Source: an uncultured Chloroflexia bacterium (lineage in GTDB: Bacteria; Chloroflexota; Limnocylindria; Limnocylindrales; CSP1-4). Taken from it: DNA of 64,000 nt. Location: assembly GCA_963828165.1 (NCBI GenBank), contig CAWHDR010000001.1:2336001-2400000 (forward strand), given 5' to 3'. The notes beneath the pieces were generated by a model that saw nothing but the letters and a program-made list of their open reading frames with translations, was not told the DNA's origin and searched no databases. Position 1 is the first letter of the stretch, and every line of letters begins with the position of its first letter. Made by a program: the position numbers and the translations under genes. Below are positions 56,980-64,000 of this stretch, piece after piece.

Positions 56980-57933
56980 ATGCGCATGACCAGCGAGCTC
57001 GGGACGCTTCGCGGCCGCGACCTGCTGTCCGTGGCCGACCTGTCGGCGGCGGAGGTCGAGCAGGTCTTCGGCACGGCTGAGGCGCTCAAGACGGAGTTCC
57101 GGGCGACGCGGCGGCACGCGAGCCCTCCGCTGACGGGACGGTCGTTGGCGATGCTGTTCCAGAAGCCGTCGTTGCGGACCCGCGTCACGTTCGAGGCGGG
57201 CATGGCCCAGCTCGGCGGTGTCGCCATCTACCTGCCCGAGGATGCCGTCATGGGCGCTCGCGAAGCAGTTCGTGATGTCGCGCGCAACCTGGAACGCTTC
57301 GTCGACGGGATCGTGGCGCGGACCGGGCCCCACGCGGTCGTCGTGGAGCTTGCCGCCCAGGCCAGCATCCCCGTCATCAACGGCCTGACGCTGCGGGAGC
57401 ATCCGTGTCAGGCGCTGGCGGACATCTTCACGATCCGGGAGCGTCTCGGGCGCCTGGGCGGCGCGGTCATCGCGTTCGTCGGGGATGGCAACAACGTCTA
57501 CCACTCGCTCGCCCTGCTCGGGGCGGCGTTCGGGATGGAGGTGCGCCTCGCCCATCCCGCCGGCTACGCCCCCAATGAGCAGATCGTCGCGCGGGCGCAG
57601 TCACTGGCCGAGACGTCGGGCGGACGGCTCGTGTTCGGGAGCGACCCGCACGAAATGGTGCAGGGCGCCGACGTCGTCTACACCGACGCCTGGACCTCGA
57701 TGGGTCAGGAAGCCGAGGCGGAGGAGCGGCGAGACGCCTTCGCCGGGTACCGGGTCGATGACTCGCTGATGGCCGCAGCCGGACCGGACGCCGTCGCGAT
57801 GCATTGCCTGCCGGCGCATCGGGGCGAGGAGATCACCTCGTCCGTGATGGACGGGCCCCAGAGCCTGATCTTCGAGCAGTCCGAAAACCGGCTGCACGTC
57901 CAGAAGGCCCTGCTCGTCGAGCTCCTGGCATGA
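56980..57933 (+). CDS. argF: Ornithine carbamoyltransferase
   Basis: F.KPSLRTR, HPCQALAD, GDGNN, TDAWTSMG, HCLP, ENR. Confidence 0.93.
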   Translation: MRMTSELGTLRGRDLLSVADLSAAEVEQVFGTAEALKTEFRATRRHASPPLTGRSLAMLFQKPSLRTRVTFEAGMAQLGGVAIYLPEDAVMGAREAVRDVARNLERFVDGIVARTGPHAVVVELAAQASIPVINGLTLREHPCQALADIFTIRERLGRLGGAVIAFVGDGNNVYHSLALLGAAFGMEVRLAHPAGYAPNEQIVARAQSLAETSGGRLVFGSDPHEMVQGADVVYTDAWTSMGQEAEAEERRDAFAGYRVDDSLMAAAGPDAVAMHCLPAHRGEEITSSVMDGPQSLIFEQSENRLHVQKALLVELLA

Positions 57934-58940
57934 GCGACGCGCTGTACGAGCGGTACAAGGACGCGCTCCGCCGCGGTCACGTGGCGGCCGCGCGTGGGCG
58001 CCAGGACGCGGCCCTGGCGGCATACGGCGAGGCGGCCAAGCTCGCGCCCGATCGCTCGCTGCCGCTCGTGAGCATCGGAAACGTGCTGGCCGGCATCGGA
58101 AAGCACACGGAAGCCGCGGCCGCGTTCGAGGCGGCCCTGGAGCGCGTGCCGGCCGACGAAGCAGCCCTGCGCGGTCGCGCCGAATCCCTCGTCTCGACCG
58201 GCGATCGCGTCTCCGCCGCGGAGACCCTCGATCGCCTGGCCGCCGTGCTCGATGCGGACGGACGAACGTCCGAGGCCCTGGATGTGTCGCGTCGGGCCCT
58301 GGAGCTCGCCGAATCGCGCGGCCGGCGGGCCGGCGTGAAGGCCATGGTCGCTCGAGTCACGCAGTCGGAGACCAGCAGCGATCCAGGCGTCGGTGAGACC
58401 CTATCGCGGGCACTGGGCATCCTCGAGGACCGTGTCCTGGGCCGGAGCCGGCACGAGACGGGGGCGATGGCCCTGGTCGAAGCCGTGGAGGATCCTGCAC
58501 CCGGGCTGCCCGAGGTCGCTCCAGGGGCACCAGCCGAACCCGAGGAATTCGTCGCGCCAGAACCACCACCACCACCGCCCCCGTTCGATCCGGTGGCCGC
58601 TACGGCTGCCGTCGAGGATGCGGCCGCTGCCGGCGATGCCGTTGCGACCCGGGAGCTCGCGCTGGCTGCGGCGACCGGTCTTCGGGCGGCCGGCCAGCTC
58701 CATGCGGCGATCGACGTGTGCTACCAGGCAATGGCCACGAGCCCGGCGGACCCCGGTCTGCATCTCGCGCTGGCCGAGCTCTACGTCGACCTCGGCTGGC
58801 GCACCACGGCGGCCGACAAGCTCGTCCTCCTGGCCCGCCTTGCAGAGCTCGGGGACGACACTGCGACCCGGACCCGCCTGTGCGCGGTCGTGACCGCGCG
58901 GCTGTCGGACGATCCGAGGCTGGTTTCGCTCTGCGCCTGA
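57930..58940 (+). CDS. Tetratricopeptide-repeat protein
   Basis: Helical repeats (A..AY..A..LAP, A...F..AL...P, A...P.DP.LHLALAELY...G); Pro-rich linker; ATGA overlap with argF. Confidence 0.8.
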   Translation: MSDALYERYKDALRRGHVAAARGRQDAALAAYGEAAKLAPDRSLPLVSIGNVLAGIGKHTEAAAAFEAALERVPADEAALRGRAESLVSTGDRVSAAETLDRLAAVLDADGRTSEALDVSRRALELAESRGRRAGVKAMVARVTQSETSSDPGVGETLSRALGILEDRVLGRSRHETGAMALVEAVEDPAPGLPEVAPGAPAEPEEFVAPEPPPPPPPFDPVAATAAVEDAAAAGDAVATRELALAAATGLRAAGQLHAAIDVCYQAMATSPADPGLHLALAELYVDLGWRTTAADKLVLLARLAELGDDTATRTRLCAVVTARLSDDPRLVSLCA

Positions 58941-59001
58941 GGTTCGCGGCGAGCCCGACGGCCTCGGCCCGGACGGGGCGCGATGCTACACTCGGCCAAC
59001 G

Positions 59002-59859
59002 ATGACGGAGCTCCTCGGATCGATCCTCGAGCAGGTTCGGCTGACCACGCTGGTCGACATCGGGATCACCGCCCTCCTCATCTACTGGCTGTTCAGCCTG
59101 ATCCGCGGGACACGCGCCGTCCGACTCGTCATCGGGGTCAGCGTCCTGTTCGTGGTCTACGTCCTGGCGGTGGCATTCGGGCTCGAGCTGCTCACCCGGA
59201 TCCTGCAGGGTGGCGCGGTCGTCGGCCTGTTCGCCCTCGTCGTCATCTTCCAGCCGGAGATCCGCCGCGGGCTGGAGCGGATCGGGCGCGTGGGATCGCT
59301 CGGCTGGGTGCTCTCGCCGGCCGACTCGCGCGCCGTGGATCACGTCGCGGACGAGGTCGCGCGGGCAGCCGCCGACCTGAGTGCCGATGGCCATGGAGCG
59401 CTGATCGTGCTCGAACGTGAGACCGGCCTCGAGGACGCCGCGGAGAGCGGCGTCATGATCCACGGCGACATCTCGGCCGATCTCATCCGGACGATCTTCG
59501 CGCCACGGACGGCGCTGCACGACGGCGCGCTCATCATCCGCGGCGAGACGATCCTCGCGGCCGGAGCTCTCCTGCCGCTGTCGGAGACGAGCGTCCACGC
59601 CGAGCGGTTCGGGACCCGGCACCGGGCCGCCCTCGGCATTGCCGAGCAGACCGACGCCGTGGTGGTTGTCGTCTCCGAGGAGAACGGCCAGATCAGCCTC
59701 GTGGAGCGGTCGCGCATCGTCCGCAACCTCAACGAGGCCCACCTGGCGCGCTCGATCCGGCATCTGCTCGACCCGAACCACGGGCGCCGCCGAGGCGCGT
59801 TCGGGTGGCGCCCGGCGCGGGAGCCGACCACACCCTCGGCCGCACGGGCTCCGCGGTGA
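59002..59859 (+). CDS. cdaA: Diadenylate cyclase CdaA/DacA
   Basis: Three N-terminal TM helices, FQPEIRR, HDGA, GTRHRAA, VSEE. Confidence 0.96.
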   Translation: MTELLGSILEQVRLTTLVDIGITALLIYWLFSLIRGTRAVRLVIGVSVLFVVYVLAVAFGLELLTRILQGGAVVGLFALVVIFQPEIRRGLERIGRVGSLGWVLSPADSRAVDHVADEVARAAADLSADGHGALIVLERETGLEDAAESGVMIHGDISADLIRTIFAPRTALHDGALIIRGETILAAGALLPLSETSVHAERFGTRHRAALGIAEQTDAVVVVVSEENGQISLVERSRIVRNLNEAHLARSIRHLLDPNHGRRRGAFGWRPAREPTTPSAARAPR

Positions 59860-61115
59860 CCCGAGTCCTGCAGGTCCTCGTCCACAACTGGCCCCTGAAG
59901 CTCGCCGCGATCGGGCTCGCGACCCTGCTCTACGGCGGCCTCGTCTTCTCGCAGAGCACGCAGTCGTTCCCCGGATCCATCCCGGTCGAGGTCCGCGGCC
60001 AGGCGGCAGACACGTTCCTGCTCATCGACCCTGAACCCGTCACGCTGGTGCGCTACACCTCGCCGTCCGGCGTGCGGCCCATCACCTCCACCTTCAAGGC
60101 GTGGATCGACATCAGTGGCATCGAGCCGGGCAGCGGGCCGCAAAGCGTGCCCGTGACCGTGGAATCGATCGACGATCGCATCACCGTGTTCGGCCAGGAG
60201 CCGGACCGGATGACCATCGACCTCGATCGGCTGGCCACGCGCACCGTTCCCGTCCGGGTACCGCAGGTCGCACCCCCGGACAACGTCGAGCTGGGGGCCA
60301 CGACCGTCGATCCGAAGCAGGTCGAGATCTCCGGACCTGCATCCGTGCTGGACCGGGTCATCGAAGCCCGCGCGGACGTCCTCATCCAGCCCGGCGGGAT
60401 CGACGTCGACCAGGAGGCCCGGCTCGTGCCGGTCGATGTCCTCGGCGATGCGGTGGGTCAGGTGAATGTGGATCCACCCACCGCGCGCGTGACGATCCCG
60501 GTGTTCTCGGACAAGGACTCGAAGACGCTCACGATCAGCCCGCTGACAACGGGCGAACCAGCGCCCGGATTCGAGTTGGTGTCGGTGACCGCGGAGCCAC
60601 GGGTCGTCACCGTCGAAGGCGACATCGATGAGCTCGAACCGCTCCGCACCATCGACACAGAACCGGTGCCGATCGGTGGGCTGTCGGCCAACGAGACGCT
60701 CGAGACCACGCTGGCGCTGCCGACGGGCATCGTCGCCCTCGACGTGGAGGCCGTGCGCGTCACGATCACCGTGCGCGCGGTGACCGCCACCCGGACCTTC
60801 GAGGTCGGCCTCGACCTCATCGGCGCGCGCCCGGACCGGACCTATCGCACTTCCACGGACCGGGTGCTCATCACGCTGGGCGGCTCCGTGGCCGATCTCG
60901 ACCGGCTGCAGGGCGCGACCCTCCTCGCGACGCTAGATGTCGCCGACCTCGATCCTGGGACGACGTCGGTCGGGGTCACCACCGACGTGCCCGCGGGCAT
61001 GGCCTTCGTGAGCGCGAGTCCGGACCAGGTCGCCGTCACCGTGTCGATCCCGGCGTCGCCATCACCGGCGGCCGGCGGGACGCCGCCCTCCGCCTCGCCG
61101 GCCGCGGGCGGCTGA
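59856..61115 (+). CDS. cdaR: CdaR/YbbR-domain regulator of diadenylate cyclase
   Basis: N-terminal NWPLKL + TM helix, beta-rich repeats (P..V.I.G); cdaA-cdaR-glmM synteny. Confidence 0.88.
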   Translation: MTRVLQVLVHNWPLKLAAIGLATLLYGGLVFSQSTQSFPGSIPVEVRGQAADTFLLIDPEPVTLVRYTSPSGVRPITSTFKAWIDISGIEPGSGPQSVPVTVESIDDRITVFGQEPDRMTIDLDRLATRTVPVRVPQVAPPDNVELGATTVDPKQVEISGPASVLDRVIEARADVLIQPGGIDVDQEARLVPVDVLGDAVGQVNVDPPTARVTIPVFSDKDSKTLTISPLTTGEPAPGFELVSVTAEPRVVTVEGDIDELEPLRTIDTEPVPIGGLSANETLETTLALPTGIVALDVEAVRVTITVRAVTATRTFEVGLDLIGARPDRTYRTSTDRVLITLGGSVADLDRLQGATLLATLDVADLDPGTTSVGVTTDVPAGMAFVSASPDQVAVTVSIPASPSPAAGGTPPSASPAAGG

Positions 61116-61120
61116 GGGCC

Positions 61121-62452
61121 ATGTCCCGCCTCTTCGGTACCGACGGCATCCGCGGTGTCGCCAACGTGGATCTCAAGCCACCCATGGCCTACGCGCTCGG
61201 CCGGGCCACGGCGAAGCGCCTGGCGGGTCCGGGCGGCTGCATCGTCGTGGGCCAGGACACCCGTCGCTCGGGCGACATGTTCGTCGCCGCCATCACGGCA
61301 GGCGCGACGAGCCTGGGCGTCGACGTCCACGCTGTCGGGGTCGTGCCGACCCCGGCCCTCGCGTTCCTCGCACGAAGCGGTCCCTACCAGGCGGGGATCA
61401 TGGTCTCGGCCTCGCACAACCCGGCCGACGATAACGGCCTCAAGGTGCTCGACGCCGATGGCCTGAAGCTCGACGACGCGATCGAGGAGGAGCTCGAGGC
61501 CCTCATCTGGCGCGAGGGCGAGCTCGGCGGCGTGGGCAACGCGCAGCTGGGCCGGTCGGTGGACGCGAGCGCCGAGGTGGGTGCGTATCGGGAACATCGC
61601 GTCGGGCTGGCTGGCTCCATCGACGCGTCGGGCCTGCACATCGTGCTCGACGGGGCCAACGGCTCGGGCGGGGCGTTCGGCCCGGGCATCCTCGCCGCGA
61701 CCGGCGCCCGCGTCGAGGCGATCCATGTCGAGCCCGACGGCATCAACATCAACGTCGATAGCGGCGCGACGTCGCCGGGATCGCTCGCCGCGGCCGTGAA
61801 GGAGCGCGGCGCCGATGTCGGGTTCGCGCTCGACGGGGACGCCGACCGCCTGATCGCCGTTGACGGGCACGGTCGGGTGGTCGATGGGGACCAGGTTCTG
61901 GGCATCCTGGCGCTCGAGCGACTCTCGCGCGACGCCCTGGCGGGTGGGCTCGTCGTGTCGATCCTGTCGAACGGCGGCCTGCAGCGGGCCGTGGAAGCGG
62001 CGGGTGGCGAGATCGTGCGCACGCCCGTCGGCGACAAGTACATCCTGGAAGGGATGCAGGTCTCGGGCGCCACGCTCGGCGGCGAGAAATCCGGCCACGT
62101 CATCGTGCTCGAGCACACGACCTCGGGTGACGGGATCGTCACGGCCCTCGAGCTCTTGCGCGTGATGACCACCCACCGTGCGTCGCTCGCGGACCTGGCC
62201 GCAGCCATCCCGATGCTCCCGCAGCAGCAGCGCGCGATCAGGGCCCGCCACAAGGACCAGTGGGAGGGCGACGCGGCACTTCGGCGGGCGATCGACGACG
62301 CCCAGGTCCGCCTGGGCGACGCGGGCCGTGTGCTCGTCCGGCCATCCGGCACGGAACCCGCGCTACGGGTCATGGTGGAGGGTCACGACGAAACGCTCGT
62401 CGCCGAGCTGGCCGACACGCTCGCGGCCCTCGCGGAGGAGCGTCTAAACTAG
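61121..62452 (+). CDS. glmM: Phosphoglucosamine mutase
   Basis: FGTDGIRG, SASHNP, DGDADR, GGEKSGH, RPSGTEP. Confidence 0.98.
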   Translation: MSRLFGTDGIRGVANVDLKPPMAYALGRATAKRLAGPGGCIVVGQDTRRSGDMFVAAITAGATSLGVDVHAVGVVPTPALAFLARSGPYQAGIMVSASHNPADDNGLKVLDADGLKLDDAIEEELEALIWREGELGGVGNAQLGRSVDASAEVGAYREHRVGLAGSIDASGLHIVLDGANGSGGAFGPGILAATGARVEAIHVEPDGININVDSGATSPGSLAAAVKERGADVGFALDGDADRLIAVDGHGRVVDGDQVLGILALERLSRDALAGGLVVSILSNGGLQRAVEAAGGEIVRTPVGDKYILEGMQVSGATLGGEKSGHVIVLEHTTSGDGIVTALELLRVMTTHRASLADLAAAIPMLPQQQRAIRARHKDQWEGDAALRRAIDDAQVRLGDAGRVLVRPSGTEPALRVMVEGHDETLVAELADTLAALAEERLN

Positions 62453-62536
62453 ATCCTCGGGCCAATGGCGTCGCGGAACTTCGCCTCGGAATCCTCGGGC
62501 GGATGGCTCGCAGGAGCGTCGCCTCCGACCTCGGAG
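62453..62536. repeat. Tandem copies C (degenerate) and D of the structured 45-nt repeat
   Basis: ATCCTCGGGCCAATGGCG...TCGCCTCGG then ATCCTCGGGCGGATGGCTCGCAGGAGCGTCGCCTCCGACCTCGGAG. Confidence 0.8.
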
Positions 62537-62581
62537 AGGCTTGTACCGGCTCGATAGCCGTCAAACGGGAGACCATCGCGT

Positions 62582-64000
62582 ATGTGCGGCATCGTTGGCT
62601 ATACGGGGCCCCGGGAGGCCGGCCCCATCCTCATGGAAGGGCTCAAACGCCTCGAGTACCGCGGCTACGACTCGGCCGGGATCGCGCTCGTCGATGACGG
62701 CGGCGACCTGTTCGTCGAGAAGAAGGCGGGCAAGCTCGCCAATCTTGAGATCGCGATCGCGGATCGGACACCGCACGCCGCGATCGGCCTCGCCCACACG
62801 CGCTGGGCCACCCACGGTCGCCCCAACGACCTCAACGCCCACCCCCACCAGGACTGCACGGGCGAGATCACCGTCATCCACAACGGGATCATCGAGAACT
62901 TCCGCGAGCTGCGCGACGGCCTCGCGGCGCGCGGTCACAACCTGACGTCGGAAACCGACACCGAGGCGCTCGCCCACATGGTCGAGGAGGCGTACACCGG
63001 CGATCTCGCCGATGCCGTCCGCACCGCGCTGCGCCTGGCCGAGGGTGCCTACGCCATCGCCGTCATGCATCGTGGCGAGGGCGACCGGCTGGTCGGGAGC
63101 CGCAAGGACGTGCCGCTGGTGGTGGGCCTGGCGGACGGCGAGAGCTTCCTTGCGAGCGACGTCGCCGCGATCCTGGCCCACACGGACAAGGTCATCTTCC
63201 TCGAGGACGGCGACGTCGCCGACCTGCGGCCGTGGGGCGTCACGATCACCGACGTCGACGGCACGGAGCTCCAGCGCGCGATCACCACCATCGACTGGAC
63301 GCCCGAGGCCGCCGAAAAGGGCGGCTACGAGCACTTCATGCTCAAGGAGATCCACGAGCAGCCCGAGACGCTGCGCCAGACGATCGCCGGTCGGGTGACC
63401 CGCGAGAACCACATCTGGCTCGAGGAGTTCGAGGGATTCGACGAGACCATCCGAGACATCGATCGGGTGGAGCTGATCGCCTGCGGGACGGCGTATTACG
63501 CGGCGTTGGTGGGGGCGACCGCGATCCAGGACTGGGTGGGCATCCCGGCGCGTGCGACGGTCGGCTCGGAGTTCCGCTACAACCCACCCCCGCTGGACGG
63601 CCGGACGCTGGTCATCTCCGTGACGCAGTCGGGCGAGACCGCCGACACGATCGCCCCGACCCGGTTGGCGCGCGAACGCGGCGCACCGGTCATCGCGGTG
63701 ACGAACACCGTCGGCAGCGCGATCACCCGCGAGGCGGATCGGATCCTCTTCCTGCAGGCCGGACCCGAGATCGCGGTCGCCGCGTCCAAGACGTTCGTCG
63801 CCCAGGTCACGACGTTGGTCATCCTCGCCGCGGCCATCGCCAAGGCCCGCGGGGCGCTCGGCGCGGAACAGGAGCTCGAGCTCGGGGCGGCGCTGCACGC
63901 CCTGCCTGCGGGAGCCGCGCGCGCCCTCGAGAACTCGACGGGGATCGCCGACCTCGCGCGCCGCTACGTGAACTCGCGCGGCTTCATGTTCGTCGGTCGC
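62582..64000 (+). CDS. glmS: Glutamine--fructose-6-phosphate aminotransferase (3' truncated by window)
   Basis: MCGIVGY, LEYRGYDSAG, AHTRWATHG, HNGIIEN, SETDTE, TQSGETADT. Confidence 0.98.
   Translation, partial: MCGIVGYTGPREAGPILMEGLKRLEYRGYDSAGIALVDDGGDLFVEKKAGKLANLEIAIADRTPHAAIGLAHTRWATHGRPNDLNAHPHQDCTGEITVIHNGIIENFRELRDGLAARGHNLTSETDTEALAHMVEEAYTGDLADAVRTALRLAEGAYAIAVMHRGEGDRLVGSRKDVPLVVGLADGESFLASDVAAILAHTDKVIFLEDGDVADLRPWGVTITDVDGTELQRAITTIDWTPEAAEKGGYEHFMLKEIHEQPETLRQTIAGRVTRENHIWLEEFEGFDETIRDIDRVELIACGTAYYAALVGATAIQDWVGIPARATVGSEFRYNPPPLDGRTLVISVTQSGETADTIAPTRLARERGAPVIAVTNTVGSAITREADRILFLQAGPEIAVAASKTFVAQVTTLVILAAAIAKARGALGAEQELELGAALHALPAGAARALENSTGIADLARRYVNSRGFMFVGR

Noticed and set aside
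57150-57185. SLRT instead of STRT, suggesting N-succinyl- or N-acetylornithine transcarbamylase
   Set aside because: DxWxSMG and HCLP ornithine-binding motifs are of the ordinary OTCase type.
62453-62581. glmS ribozyme
   Set aside because: Conserved core sequences are not found; the spacer is explained by the repeat copies.

Overview
This is a high-GC bacterial core-genome window. The 16S features (short h39 region, V3 form) and the gene order point to phylum Chloroflexota, possibly a Limnocylindria/Ellin6529-like lineage (inference). It holds an rRNA operon (partial 16S, tRNA-Ile, tRNA-Ala, 23S, 5S), a LysM membrane protein, an Fpg/Nei glycosylase and rpsA. Next come clpC-radA-PIN/TRAM-ispDF-cysS-rlmB, a tRNA-tuf-rpmG-secE-nusG-rplKAJL-rpoBC cluster, the str, S10, spc and alpha operons, truA-rplM-rpsI, argF, and a cdaA-cdaR-glmM-glmS module. 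No transposase, integrase or CRISPR array was seen. Six things stand out. (1) A ~45-nt structured element with compensatory base changes occurs four times at three loci; one copy is nested in a ~170-bp palindromic element whose 64-codon ORF overlaps both the secY stop and the adk start. (2) Several translation and transcription proteins carry long low-complexity extensions: acidic on S1, L15, S17, L30 and RpoC (with a triple NPFL motif), and Arg/Gly/Pro/Asp-rich on RlmB. (3) The 23S rRNA has an ~80-nt H54a-like expansion. (4) The L10 leader is expanded and contains an anti-SD sequence. (5) The decoding machinery shows unusual substitutions: tRNA-Tyr G37, 16S G952-C1229 and S12 DLPS. (6) The 3' end of map is duplicated in an att-like way.
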